DNA of 64,000 nt. It comes from Tagaea sp. (GTDB taxonomy: Bacteria; Pseudomonadota; Alphaproteobacteria; CACIAM-22H2). This document shows, one piece after another, positions 44,521 through 56,542 of the stretch. The stretch spans positions 1,024,001-1,088,000 of the forward strand of contig CBDIIB010000005.1 in assembly GCA_965279525.1 (NCBI GenBank). The letters are read 5' to 3'. The first letter of the stretch is position 1. Every line of letters starts with the position of its first letter. The translations under genes were made by a program, and so were the position numbers. The notes beneath the pieces were generated by a model. That model had not been told where the DNA came from. It did no database searches and saw nothing but the letters and a program-made list of their open reading frames with translations.

Positions 44521-46266
44521 TTGGCCCTGTTCAGCAGAAAAGAAAGCTTCGAAGTCCATTGCCTGAAGGAGAACCGCTGGGTCATCGAGACCAGCATTCC
44601 CAATCAGACGGAGGCCGAGGCCTACGCGCGCAAGCTGCTCGAAAAGAAAGAGATCCTCGGCGTCAAGGTCGTGCGCGAGCGCGAAGGGCGTTCGTCGAAT
44701 ACCGAGGCGATCGTCTTCACCAAGGTGAAGGAAAAGAAGGAAGAGAAGATCACGATCGGCCAGATCGACAGCGCGCCGGTCTGCCAGACCGCCGGCGAAT
44801 GCTGCGAACTGCCCGCGCGCATGGCCCTCAACCGGCTCTTCCGCCAGTATCTCGACAAGCAGAACCTGACGCCCATCGAGATCCTGCACAATTACCGCGA
44901 GATCAAGCGCGTCCAGGATTCCGACTCGCTGATGACCAGTGCGGTCGGCCAGCTCGCCACGCTGCAGGCCGCCTCGGGGCCGGCGGCCGGCACCGTCATC
45001 CAGCGCCGCGACGCGCTCTACGGGTTCCTGGGCGAGCTCACCAAGCGCGCGAAGGATGTCGAGACCCTCCAGCTCCCGTCGATCAAGCAGATCGGCGTCG
45101 ACCAGATGATCGCGAAGATCGCACCGCGCGCCGGCGACGATCCGGAGAACGCGAACTACCTGTTCCGCGTGGCGGTCAGCCGCGAGCTGATCGACATCCG
45201 CAGCTATCTTGGCAAGCTCGACCGCTCGCTGATGTGGGTCGAGGACAGCCAGGACGACGAGGCCGCGCGCCTGCTCGACGATTTCGTGTGCGACGTGCTG
45301 GGGACCAGCAGCGTCATCCAGGACCTGCTCGGCGAGCAGCCCAGCCTGATGGCCGCGGTCAGCAAGCTGCTCGATCTGGCGCAAGGGCGCTGGGAAGCCC
45401 CGCCGCCGGGTGCCGGCGGAGCCGCCGCTGCCGGCGGCGAGGAAGACCGCATGGCCAAGATCGGCCGGCTGATCGCCAGCGGCCGCCTGCCCAATTGCGG
45501 GCGCGTGCTGGTCGAGCGCGTGCGCCTGCAGCTTGCCGGCGCCAATCCGCTGGTGCGTTCCGATCCCGAGCAGGAAGTGCCGAGCTTCCGCCTGCTGCTC
45601 GACCGGCTGGTGCCGGACAACGACGCGATCTTCGGCGGCACCGACATGATCGACGCGCTCGTCCAGCGCAAGATGCGCATCCTCAACCGCGGCGGAGCCG
45701 CCGGCTACCGGGCGGCGGCGACCTGGATCTGCATGGTGATGCTCAATCCCGTGCGCAAGACGCGCTTCCTGATCGCGCTGACGCAGTCGCCGACCGGCCA
45801 GCAATATCCCGAGGAGACGTTCGGGCTGATCGACGACGTGCTGGTCAAGGTCGAGTCGATCTCCGACATCGTCAAGGCGCGCGTCCCGCCCAACGAGAAG
45901 ATGGCCGGCATCACGCTGGTGTGGAACGAGATCCGCCGCGCCCCCCTGCCGCTCGAGCATGTCGAGCGCATCTGCACGCGCCTCGACGACCTGCTCGTCC
46001 ATTTCGTCAAGTCCGAGCGCATCCTCGAGAAGATCGACGATCCGGCACGACCCCTGCGCATGCGCACGATGATGCTGATGAAGATGTGCCTGCCCACCTC
46101 GCTGCCGCCGGGCAAGGCGTCGAACCTGGCGCGCGAGATCATTGTGGGCATGCTCAAGCGCCAGAATTTCGAGAACGAGGTCGTGGCCGACATCGTCGAC
46201 CCGGCCGAGAAGGCGCGCGCCCAGCGCGACCTGTTCGTGCTGATGCGCCAGGCCGGCTTCATGTGA
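44521..46266 (+). CDS. Hypothetical protein (helical, 581 aa)
   Basis: TTG start after GGAG, divergent from gloB; strong GC3 bias; no recognised domain. Confidence 0.75.
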   Translation: MALFSRKESFEVHCLKENRWVIETSIPNQTEAEAYARKLLEKKEILGVKVVREREGRSSNTEAIVFTKVKEKKEEKITIGQIDSAPVCQTAGECCELPARMALNRLFRQYLDKQNLTPIEILHNYREIKRVQDSDSLMTSAVGQLATLQAASGPAAGTVIQRRDALYGFLGELTKRAKDVETLQLPSIKQIGVDQMIAKIAPRAGDDPENANYLFRVAVSRELIDIRSYLGKLDRSLMWVEDSQDDEAARLLDDFVCDVLGTSSVIQDLLGEQPSLMAAVSKLLDLAQGRWEAPPPGAGGAAAAGGEEDRMAKIGRLIASGRLPNCGRVLVERVRLQLAGANPLVRSDPEQEVPSFRLLLDRLVPDNDAIFGGTDMIDALVQRKMRILNRGGAAGYRAAATWICMVMLNPVRKTRFLIALTQSPTGQQYPEETFGLIDDVLVKVESISDIVKARVPPNEKMAGITLVWNEIRRAPLPLEHVERICTRLDDLLVHFVKSERILEKIDDPARPLRMRTMMLMKMCLPTSLPPGKASNLAREIIVGMLKRQNFENEVVADIVDPAEKARAQRDLFVLMRQAGFM

Positions 46267-46724
46267 ACGACCAGGCGGCCGACGGCCCGGTCGCGCGCGC
46301 CGTCGCGCGCGGGACCGGCCGGCTGCTGGCGCGGCTGGGCTGGACATCCCTGCCCGAGTTCCCGCTCGCCAGCGGACGGCGGGCCGACCTGCTTGCCCTT
46401 TCGGAAGATTCGCGCGTGCTGGTCGTCGAGATCAAGTCGTCGGCCGCCGATTTCCGGTCCGACCGCAAATGGGCCGAATATCTCGACTGGTGCGACCTGT
46501 TCGCCTTCGCGGTTCCCGCCGATTTCCCGGTGGCCCTGCTGCCGCCCGAAGCCGGCCTGATCGTCGCCGACGCCTACGATGCGGTCATCGCGCGCGAATT
46601 CCGGATCCTGCCGAAGCTCGTGCCCGCGCGGCGCAAGGCGCTGGTGCTGCGCTTCGCGAAGCTGGCCGGCCAGAGATTGCACCGGCTGGCGGACCCCGAC
46701 GGGATGCGGGAAATCCCGTCCTGA
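46263..46724 (+). CDS. mmcB: MmcB (DUF1052) family DNA repair protein, PD-(D/E)xK
   Basis: EFPLASGRRADL, VEIKSS..DFRSDRKW.EYLDWCD, GLIVADAY. Confidence 0.9.
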   Translation: MNDQAADGPVARAVARGTGRLLARLGWTSLPEFPLASGRRADLLALSEDSRVLVVEIKSSAADFRSDRKWAEYLDWCDLFAFAVPADFPVALLPPEAGLIVADAYDAVIAREFRILPKLVPARRKALVLRFAKLAGQRLHRLADPDGMREIPS

Positions 46725-46789
46725 GCGGCGCTTGCCGCGCGCGAAGCGGCAGCGCTAGGGTGGCAGGCATCCTAGGAGACATACGGATC

Positions 46790-48532
46790 ATGCAAGACAC
46801 ACCGCGCCCGCATGTCGGGCTTGCGACGTTCCTCGTGCGCCTGTGGCGCCTGACCCGACCCTACTGGTTCGCCGAGGACCGCTGGGCCGCGCGCGGCCTG
46901 TTCGCGGTCGTGCTCGCGCTCACGATCGGCGGCGTCTATCTCGAGGTGCTGTTCAATTCGTGGAACAACGAATTCTACAACGCGCTGCAGGAGAAGGACG
47001 AGGCGACGTTCTGGACGCAGTTCGGCGTGTTCGGCTGGCTGGCCGTGCTGTTCATCGCGAACTTCGTCGCCACGCGCTATTTCAGCCTGTGGCTCCAGAT
47101 CCGCTGGCGCGCGTGGCTGACGAAACGCTATGTCGACAGCTGGCTCACGGCCCGCGCCTATTACCGCTTCCAGGTGACCGGCGCCGAGACCGACAACCCC
47201 GACCAGCGCATCGCCGACGACGTGCGGCTGTTCGTTTCGACGACGCTGGGGCTGGTCACGCAGCTCATCAACGCGGTGCTGACGCTCGCGGCGTTCCTCA
47301 CCATCCTGTGGGGCCTGTCGGGCGACTTCACGATGACGCTATTCGGCACCGAGATCGCGATTCCGGGCTACATGGTGTGGTTCGCCCTCGTCTATGCCGT
47401 GCTCGGCACGTGGCTCACGCATCTGGTGGGAAAGCCGCTCGTCCCGCTCAACTACGCCCAGCAGCGCTACGAGGCGGATTTCCGCTTCGCGCTCGTCCGT
47501 CTGCGCGAGAATGCCGAGCAGGTGGCGCTCTATGGCGGCGAGGGGCGCGAGCGCGAGAACTTCCTGCGCCGCTTCGCGGGCGTGGCATCCAACTGGTACG
47601 CGCTGATGTGGGCGGGGCTGAAGCTCAACCTGTTCACCAGCCTGTTCGGGCAGCTTGCCATCGTTTTCCCGTTCATCGTCGCGGCCCCACGCTATTTCTC
47701 GGGCGCCATGCAGCTGGGCGGGCTGATGCAGACCGCCTCCGCCTTCGGCCAGGTGCAGGGTGCCTTGTCGTTCTTCGTGCAGGCCTATTCGCAGCTCGCC
47801 GACTGGAAATCGGTCGTCGACCGGCTGCTCGATTTCGAGGCCGCGGTCGCGGCGGCCGAAGCCGCCGCGCGCGTGTCCCCGCTCGTCGAGGAAACGTCGA
47901 AGGACGGGACGCTCGCCATCGACGGCGTCGATGTCGGCCTGCCGGGCGGGGCCACGCTGATCGCGGGTGCGACCGCGCGCGTTGCACCGGGGGCGCGCAT
48001 CCTGCTGACCGGCGATTCAGGCTCGGGCAAGAGCACGCTGTTCCGCGTGTTCGCCGGCATCTGGCCGTTCGGCCGCGGCAAGATCGCGATGCCGGAACGC
48101 ACCGGCATCCTGTTCTTGCCGCAGAAACCCTACATGCCGATCGGCAGCTTGCGCGAAGCGCTGCTCTATCCGCATGCCGGCGGGGCCGACGACGCCACGC
48201 TCAGCGCCACGCTCGAAGACGTGCGCCTGCCAGATCTTGCCGGCCGGCTCGACGAGGTGGCGCACTGGGGCCAGCGCCTGTCGCCGGGCGAGCAGCAGCG
48301 CCTCGCGGTGGGGCGCGCACTTCTCGCCAAGCCCGCCTTCCTGTTTCTCGATGAGGCGACGGCGGCATTGGACGAAGCGACCGAAGCGCATGTCTATGCG
48401 TTGCTGGCCGAACGCCTGCCGCACACGGCCATCGTCAGCATCGGCCACCGGCCGGGGCTGAAGGCCTTCCACACGGCGTTCTGGCACGTGACGAAGTCGC
48501 CGGCGGGGCCGGCTAAGCTGGCGGTGGCCTAG
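46790..48532 (+). CDS. Fused ABC transporter permease/ATPase (YddA/BclA, ABCD-like)
   Basis: WNNEFYNALQ, DNPDQRI, EADFR..LVRLRENAE, GDSGSGKS, LSPGEQQR. Confidence 0.92.
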   Translation: MQDTPRPHVGLATFLVRLWRLTRPYWFAEDRWAARGLFAVVLALTIGGVYLEVLFNSWNNEFYNALQEKDEATFWTQFGVFGWLAVLFIANFVATRYFSLWLQIRWRAWLTKRYVDSWLTARAYYRFQVTGAETDNPDQRIADDVRLFVSTTLGLVTQLINAVLTLAAFLTILWGLSGDFTMTLFGTEIAIPGYMVWFALVYAVLGTWLTHLVGKPLVPLNYAQQRYEADFRFALVRLRENAEQVALYGGEGRERENFLRRFAGVASNWYALMWAGLKLNLFTSLFGQLAIVFPFIVAAPRYFSGAMQLGGLMQTASAFGQVQGALSFFVQAYSQLADWKSVVDRLLDFEAAVAAAEAAARVSPLVEETSKDGTLAIDGVDVGLPGGATLIAGATARVAPGARILLTGDSGSGKSTLFRVFAGIWPFGRGKIAMPERTGILFLPQKPYMPIGSLREALLYPHAGGADDATLSATLEDVRLPDLAGRLDEVAHWGQRLSPGEQQRLAVGRALLAKPAFLFLDEATAALDEATEAHVYALLAERLPHTAIVSIGHRPGLKAFHTAFWHVTKSPAGPAKLAVA

Positions 48533-49248
48533 GGCGCCTGCATTACGACGAAATTGAACGTCGTGCGCGGAACGAAACCGAGCCGCTCGTAGAGCGTGCG
48601 CGCCGAAGGGTTGTCGGCATAGAGATGCAGGAACGGCCGCTCGCCGCGCGCGGCAATGCTTGCCATCAGCGATTTGACCAGTGCGAGCGCATGGCCCTTG
48701 CCGCGAAAGTCGGGATGGACGCACACCGCGCTTATCTCGGTGAAGCCCGCGGGCCGCATGCGTTCGCCCGCCATCGCCGCAAGCCGTGCACCGGCGCGGA
48801 TGCCGATATAGCGGCCAAGCTCGTGCGTGCGCGAAAAGAACGGACCGGGCTTGGTCAGCGCGGTCAGCTCCAGCATTTCAGGCACGTCGGCGGGCCCGAG
48901 CGTTTGGGGCGCGAAGGCGGGATCGGCGGCGGGCAAGTCGGTCGCGATCATCTGCAGGATCCGCGCGGCGGCCCGGATCTCGAGCCCGTCGACCGGGGCG
49001 GGATCGGTCCCGTCGGGATAGAGCAGACCGACCGGGCCCGTACCCGCGACGTCGCGCAGTTCGCGACGTGCTGCCGGCGTTTCCTCGAGGAACGCCGCGA
49101 ACGGCGAGATCTCGGCGGGATAGCGCAGCACGGTTTTCCCGCGCAGTGCCAGATGGCGGTGGCCGGTCTTGAGCGCGGCCAGGATCGGCTGGTCGAGTGC
49201 GGCGGTCTGTTCGGGAGAAAGGCGGATCATGCGGTCGGAAAATACCAT
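48529..49248 (-). CDS. GNAT acetyltransferase (FR47-like)
   Basis: TKPGPF, AMAGER, EISAVCVHPDFRGKG, LYERLGF. Confidence 0.9.
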   Translation of the reverse strand: MVFSDRMIRLSPEQTAALDQPILAALKTGHRHLALRGKTVLRYPAEISPFAAFLEETPAARRELRDVAGTGPVGLLYPDGTDPAPVDGLEIRAAARILQMIATDLPAADPAFAPQTLGPADVPEMLELTALTKPGPFFSRTHELGRYIGIRAGARLAAMAGERMRPAGFTEISAVCVHPDFRGKGHALALVKSLMASIAARGERPFLHLYADNPSARTLYERLGFVPRTTFNFVVMQAP

Positions 49249-49281
49249 GCACGACCGGGCAGGCCAGTTCGAAATGAAAGA

Positions 49282-50415
49282 CTACAATCGTGGCGCGTGG
49301 ACCGCCATCCGGTCTGCGAAGCCCTTCAATTCGAATTCGCCAAGGGCGCGCAGCGGTCCCTCGACGAGGGCAGCGAAGTCGCCCGACATCACGATGGGCT
49401 CTTCGAGGGCGCCGCACAGCTTCTCGATGCGCGCGAGCAGGTTGACGTCGCGCCCGATGATCGTGAAGTCGAGCCGGTCGCCCGCACCGATGTTTCCATA
49501 CGCGACCTCGCCGACATGCAGCGCCATGCCCACGCGTCCGCCGCCGGCATCGTCGGACGCCAGCGCGGCTTTCGCCGCCGCAAGTGCGGCGGCACAGGCG
49601 GCCTTCGCATCGCGCGCGTCGGTGATCGGAAAGATGGCGAGCACGCCGTCGCCCATGAATTTCAGCACTTCGCCGCCCTCGGCCACGATGGCCGGTACGA
49701 CGCGGTCGAGATAGGCGTTGATCGCGGCGACCGTCGCCTCGGGTGTGCCGGCGTTGGCGAGCACCGTGAAGCCGCGCAGGTCGCTGACGAACAGGGCCGC
49801 GCGGATGCGCTTCACGTCGCCGCGCCTTATGGCGCCCTTGAGGATGCGCTCGGCGGGCTCCGAGCCCACATAGGCCTTCAGGATTTCCGACCACATGCGG
49901 TGGACGGCCTGGATGTTCATCACCGCGGCGAGGGTCGGGCGGATCGCGCGCAGCAGGGCGAGGTGTGCGGGCGAGAAACCACCCGGCTCGCGCGTGGAAT
50001 AGGAAATGCCGTTCAGCGGCTCGTTGCGGAACTTGAGCGGCATCATCAGGTAGTGGGTGTGGCCATCGTCGCGAAGTCCCGGCAGCAGGTCGTATTTCTC
50101 GATTTCCGGATCGTCGAGGTAGCGCTCGAACTCGGCGCCGGTTTCCTGCAGCACGTCGACGGAGTAGATTTTCGTCGCGTGCGTGATGACGGGATCGTCG
50201 AACGTGGCGCGGCGCAGGCGCATGTCGCTGCCCTGCTCCCACACGCGCATGGCGCCCACGAAGCGCGGATGCAGCGTCTCGACGATCGAGGCGACCCGCG
50301 CGACCGGCACGCCTTCGGCCAGCAGCTTGCCGGCAAGCTGCTCGATCAGCACGCCCATGTCGGGAAGATGGGCCGCTTCTTCGAGCAGCCAGTCGATGAC
50401 GCGGTTGGCATCCAT
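49282..50415 (-). CDS. Class III adenylate cyclase (soluble, N-terminal sensor domain)
   Basis: SDLRGFT, VLKFMGDG, GNIG..RLDFTIIGRDVNLLARIE. Confidence 0.9.
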   Translation of the reverse strand: MDANRVIDWLLEEAAHLPDMGVLIEQLAGKLLAEGVPVARVASIVETLHPRFVGAMRVWEQGSDMRLRRATFDDPVITHATKIYSVDVLQETGAEFERYLDDPEIEKYDLLPGLRDDGHTHYLMMPLKFRNEPLNGISYSTREPGGFSPAHLALLRAIRPTLAAVMNIQAVHRMWSEILKAYVGSEPAERILKGAIRRGDVKRIRAALFVSDLRGFTVLANAGTPEATVAAINAYLDRVVPAIVAEGGEVLKFMGDGVLAIFPITDARDAKAACAAALAAAKAALASDDAGGGRVGMALHVGEVAYGNIGAGDRLDFTIIGRDVNLLARIEKLCGALEEPIVMSGDFAALVEGPLRALGEFELKGFADRMAVHAPRL

Positions 50416-50417
50416 GT

Positions 50418-51323
50418 TCAGCGCCCTTTGAGCCAGAGGACGAGACCCGGCAGGCCGGCAGCGATCTGCGTCAGCCCGAAGGCGACCGATAGCGCGAGGG
50501 CTTCGCCCGCCGGCACGCCGACCAGCGCAAATCCTGCCACGGCTGCCCCTTCGCGCACACCCCAGCCGGCGAGCGAGATCGGCAGCGTGGTCAAGAGCAC
50601 GATGGGCGGGACAAGGACCAGGCACGCCGCGAAGCCGGCCGCGATGCCCAATGCCTGCGCCAGCAGCCACATCGTCGCGATCACGCCCAGATGCACGGCC
50701 ACCGCCAGCGCCACGATGTCGGGCCGCAAAAGCGCCGCGCGCAGGTCGCCGGCCAGCGCGGTGGCGAAACTCACGATCCGGCCCGGCGCGAACCGGCTCA
50801 GCAGGTGGCGCTCGGCGAGCGCCAGCAGGCCGAGGCCGGACAGCGTTCCGGCCACGAGCGCGCCGAGGAGGATGAGCAGGGCGGGATCGGGTGCCACTGT
50901 CGCCGTCAGCGGCAGGCACAGGGCGATGATCGCGACCAGCACGACGAGTGCCGTACCCCGGTCGACCAGCACGCCGCTGGCGGCGCGCGTGGCCGGCAGG
51001 CCGCGGCGTGCCGCAAGGGCGGCGCGCACGGCATCCCCGCCGATGGCCGAGGGCAGCGTCTGGCTGAAGAACTGGCCGATCAGCGCAAGCTCGATGGCAT
51101 CGCGCACGCCAAGGGGTGCCTCGATGGCCTGCTGGATGCGTGCCCAGCGCACGGCCGCGACGAGAAGCTGGGCCGCAAAAGCGCCGAGTGCTGCCAGCGT
51201 CCAGCCCGCATCGGCGGCACCAAGGCGTGCGCCAAGCGGTGCAAGATCGACGCGCGCGGCAAGCCAGGCGATCAGGCCAAGCGAGACCGCGAGCTTCAGG
51301 GAAAAGACGAGGAGCTTTTTCAA
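50418..51323 (-). CDS. Lysylphosphatidylglycerol synthase TM-domain (flippase-like) protein
   Basis: RW, FFSQTLPSAIGGDAVR, DR, LPISLAGWGVRE. Confidence 0.87.
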   Translation of the reverse strand: MKKLLVFSLKLAVSLGLIAWLAARVDLAPLGARLGAADAGWTLAALGAFAAQLLVAAVRWARIQQAIEAPLGVRDAIELALIGQFFSQTLPSAIGGDAVRAALAARRGLPATRAASGVLVDRGTALVVLVAIIALCLPLTATVAPDPALLILLGALVAGTLSGLGLLALAERHLLSRFAPGRIVSFATALAGDLRAALLRPDIVALAVAVHLGVIATMWLLAQALGIAAGFAACLVLVPPIVLLTTLPISLAGWGVREGAAVAGFALVGVPAGEALALSVAFGLTQIAAGLPGLVLWLKGR

Positions 51324-51427
51324 GGGGGCGACCGGTCCCGAACATGGCGGCTGGCGGGACCGGACGCAAGACTTGACGAAAGCGGCCGCCCGACGGACTC
51401 ATAGGCAAAGCGGAGTACCCACGAAGC

Positions 51428-52408
51428 ATGTTCCGAGCACTCCTACTCGAACGGCAGGACGGCAAGTTCAGCGCGAAGATCGCGTCACTCGAGGATTCGG
51501 CGCTGCCCGAAGGCGACGTGACGGTCGCGGTCGCGTATTCGTCGCTGAATTACAAGGACGGCCTTGCCATCGCCGACAAGGGCAAGATCGTGCGCAGCTT
51601 CCCGATGGTGCCGGGCGTCGATTGGGCCGGCACGGTCGAAAGCTCGACGTCGACGTCGTTCAAGCCCGGCGACCGCGTGATCCTGACCGGCTGGGGCGTG
51701 GGCGAAAACTACTGGGGCGGCATGGCCGAGAAGGCGCGCGCCAAGGCCGAATGGCTCGTCAAGCTGCCGGCCGGCACCGACGAGAAATGGGCCATGTCGA
51801 TGGGCACGGCCGGCCTGACCGCGATGATGTGCGTGCATGCGCTCGAAGCCAACGGCATGCGACGCGAGCGCGAGGTGCTGGTGACCGGGGCTGCCGGCGG
51901 CGTGGGGTCCATCGCCGTGGCACTGCTCGCCAAGCTTGGCCACAAGGTCGTGGCCTCCACCGGGCGGCGCGAACTCGACGCCTATCTCAAATCGCTGGGT
52001 GCCACGTCGGTCATCGACCGCGCCGAACTTTCCAGACCCGGCCGGCCGCTCGAAAGCGAGCGCTGGGGCGCCGCGATCGACACGGTCGGCTCGACGACGC
52101 TGGCCGGCGTGCTCGCCGGCATGGCGCGGCGCGGTGCCGTCGCCGCATGCGGACTTGCCGGCGGGGCGGACCTTCCGACCACGGTGATGCCGTTCATCCT
52201 GCGCGGCGTGCGCCTGATCGGCATCGATTCGTCGCAATGCCCGATGGCCGAGCGCGAGGCCGCCTGGCGCAAGCTCGCAGCCTTGCTGCCTGACGGCCTG
52301 CCCGGCGAAGCGCTCGCCGTGTGCGGCCTCAACGACCTGCGCCACCGCGCCGACGACATCGTCGCCGGCCGGATCAAGGGCCGCACGATCGTGGACGTGA
52401 AGAAGTAG
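51428..52408 (+). CDS. acuI: Acryloyl-CoA reductase AcuI/YhdH (MDR family)
   Basis: YSSLNYKDGLA, GTAGLTAM, VTGAAGGVGS, TVMPFILRGV.L.GIDS. Confidence 0.88.
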   Translation: MFRALLLERQDGKFSAKIASLEDSALPEGDVTVAVAYSSLNYKDGLAIADKGKIVRSFPMVPGVDWAGTVESSTSTSFKPGDRVILTGWGVGENYWGGMAEKARAKAEWLVKLPAGTDEKWAMSMGTAGLTAMMCVHALEANGMRREREVLVTGAAGGVGSIAVALLAKLGHKVVASTGRRELDAYLKSLGATSVIDRAELSRPGRPLESERWGAAIDTVGSTTLAGVLAGMARRGAVAACGLAGGADLPTTVMPFILRGVRLIGIDSSQCPMAEREAAWRKLAALLPDGLPGEALAVCGLNDLRHRADDIVAGRIKGRTIVDVKK

Positions 52409-52411
52409 ATC

Positions 52412-52843
52412 ATGGATCGCGATCGCGAAAATTCCGACGGCCCTTCCCAGCGCCAGCTGCGCGTGGGCGAGGCGCTGCGCCGGGCACTTACGGAAGTTTT
52501 GCTCGACGGGCATTTCCGCGATCCCGACCTGCAGGGCGTATCGATCACCGTCAGCGAAGTGCGCGCGACCCCCGACCTCAAGCACGCGACCGCGTTCGTC
52601 ACCACGCTGGGCGGCGGCAATGTCGAGACGGCGATCACGGCGCTGGGCCGGGCACGCGCCTATATCCGCCACGAGATCGCGCGGCGCGTGGATCTGCGCC
52701 AGGCGCCCGAATGGCATTTCCGGCGCGACACCGCGTTCGAGCATGCCGAGAAGATCGACCGCGCCTTCCGCGACCCTAAGGTCGCGATGGACGTGAGCGT
52801 TCCGCCGCCGCCAGCGCCCAAGCGCAAGCCGCGCAAGAAGTGA
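52412..52843 (+). CDS. rbfA: Ribosome-binding factor A
   Basis: PSQRQLRVGE, ITVSEVRATPDLKHA, LRQAP...F..D..F. Confidence 0.93.
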   Translation: MDRDRENSDGPSQRQLRVGEALRRALTEVLLDGHFRDPDLQGVSITVSEVRATPDLKHATAFVTTLGGGNVETAITALGRARAYIRHEIARRVDLRQAPEWHFRRDTAFEHAEKIDRAFRDPKVAMDVSVPPPPAPKRKPRKK

Positions 52844-53751
52844 GCGGGAAGTCGACGCGCGAGAAGGTCGACGGCTGGGTCATCCTCGACAAGCCGGTCG
52901 GCCCGTCCTCCACGCAGGCGCTGGGCCGCGTGAAGCGGATCTTCAACGCGGCCAAGGGCGGGCATGCCGGCACGCTCGACCCGCTCGCCTCGGGCGTGCT
53001 GCCCATCGCGTTGGGCGAAGCCACCAAGACGCTGGCGCACTTCGCCGACGGCACGAAGGAATACGAGTTCACGGTCCGCTGGGGGATCGCCACGGCCAGC
53101 GACGATGCCGAGGGCGCGGTCACGGCCACCAGCGATGCCCGCCCGGCGCAGGGCTCCATTGCGGCGGCCCTGCCTGCCTTCACGGGCGAGATCGACCAGA
53201 CCCCGCCGGTCTATTCGGCGATCAAGATCGAGGGGATGCGCGCCTATGCTCTTGCCCGGGCCGGCGAGGAAGTCGCGATGAAATCGCGCAAGGTGCTGAT
53301 TCACAAGCTGGAACTGCTTGAAATGCCGTCGCCGGACGAGGCCCGCCTGCGGCTTTCCTGCGGCTCCGGCACCTATGTGCGCAGCCTGGCGCGGGACCTG
53401 GCGGTCGCCTTGGGCACCGTCGGGCATGTCACGGCGCTGCGCCGGACGGCGGTGGGCCGGTTCCGCATCGAATCGGCTATTTCACTGGAAAAGCTGGAGG
53501 GCTTTGGGCATAGTCCCGCCCGCTTTGGGGCCCTCGCCCCGGTCGAGACCGTGCTGGACGACATCCCGGCTCTGGCCCTGACCGCGGAAGAAGCCGCTGC
53601 CCTTCGACAGGGACGCGTCTTGCGAGACCCCCGCGCGGAACATTCCCCGCCCGAGCCCGGCACGCTGGCTGTCTTCACCGACGGCAAGCTCGTCGCACTC
53701 GCCGAGGGGGGCGACGGTTTTCTCCGTCCCGCGCGCGTCTTCAACCTCTAG
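52840..53751 (+). CDS. truB: tRNA pseudouridine(55) synthase
   Basis: LDKPVG, GHAGTLDPLASGVL, PPVYSAIKI.G, GTYVRSLARD. Confidence 0.96.
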   Translation: MSGKSTREKVDGWVILDKPVGPSSTQALGRVKRIFNAAKGGHAGTLDPLASGVLPIALGEATKTLAHFADGTKEYEFTVRWGIATASDDAEGAVTATSDARPAQGSIAAALPAFTGEIDQTPPVYSAIKIEGMRAYALARAGEEVAMKSRKVLIHKLELLEMPSPDEARLRLSCGSGTYVRSLARDLAVALGTVGHVTALRRTAVGRFRIESAISLEKLEGFGHSPARFGALAPVETVLDDIPALALTAEEAAALRQGRVLRDPRAEHSPPEPGTLAVFTDGKLVALAEGGDGFLRPARVFNL

Positions 53752-53768
53752 GGTCCAAGGAGTGACCG

Positions 53769-54038
53769 ATGTCGATGAACGCCGAGCGCAAGAGCGCGAT
53801 CGTATCCTCGTACGCCATCAAGAAGGGCGATACGGGTTCCCCGGAAGTGCAGGTCGCCCTGCTGTCCGAGCGTATCAAGGAGCTCTCCGAGCACCTGACG
53901 ACGCACAAGAAGGATTTCCATTCGCGCCGCGGCCTGCTGATGATGGTCGGCCAGCGTCGTGCCCTGCTCGACTATCTCAAGCGCAAGGACACCAAGCGCT
54001 ACGAGACGCTGATCGGGCGCCTCGAGCTGCGCCGCTGA
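53769..54038 (+). CDS. rpsO: 30S ribosomal protein S15
   Basis: [30 protein letters not shown]. Confidence 0.98.
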   Translation: MSMNAERKSAIVSSYAIKKGDTGSPEVQVALLSERIKELSEHLTTHKKDFHSRRGLLMMVGQRRALLDYLKRKDTKRYETLIGRLELRR

Positions 54039-54079
54039 AGCCGGCCGCTTGAAGCCCATCGCTTGAAGACTGCAATCCC

Positions 54080-54293
54080 GAACGACGCGCCGCGCATGCA
54101 CCCGAGGCGGGTGCCGGTGCGGCGCGTCTTCGTTTCCGACCCTTCAGAACCAAATCCCCGCGCGGCGGTCCATCGTACGACGCCGCGCATCGATAATCCG
54201 ACGTCCCGAAAAACTGGGGCGGTGTCGGTTGGGGCGAGTGCCATCCGGGCATTCGCGACCGGCACCACGTCGCGCGCATCAACGGGTGCGCGC
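54080..54293 (+). promoter_or_regulatory. Structured rpsO-pnp intergenic leader (series of hairpins)
   Basis: Consecutive inverted repeats: GACGCGCCGC..GCGGCGCGTC, GCGCGGCG..CGCCGCGC, CCGAC..GTCGG, GCGAGTGCC..GGCATTCGC, GCGCGCA..TGCGCGC. Confidence 0.5.
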
Positions 54294-54330
54294 CGGCGGG
54301 TCCGTACGCGGCAAGAAAGAGAGTAGAAAA

Positions 54331-56463
<2,133 letters not shown>

Positions 56464-56488
56464 GGGCGGCCACGGCCGAAACGACCCG

Positions 56489-56531
56489 AACCCCCCGCCG
56501 GACACGGATTCCGGCGGGGGGTTTTTCTTTC
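56489..56531 (+). terminator. Intrinsic terminator after pnp
   Basis: CCCCCCGCCGGA..TCCGGCGGGGGG followed by TTTTTCTTT. Confidence 0.85.
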
Positions 56532-56542
56532 AAGGACACGCA

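Noticed and set aside
48625-52293. 1222-aa plus-strand ORF
   Set aside because: Shadow ORF overlapping four genes with clear motifs; Arg/Ala-rich with no recognisable domain.
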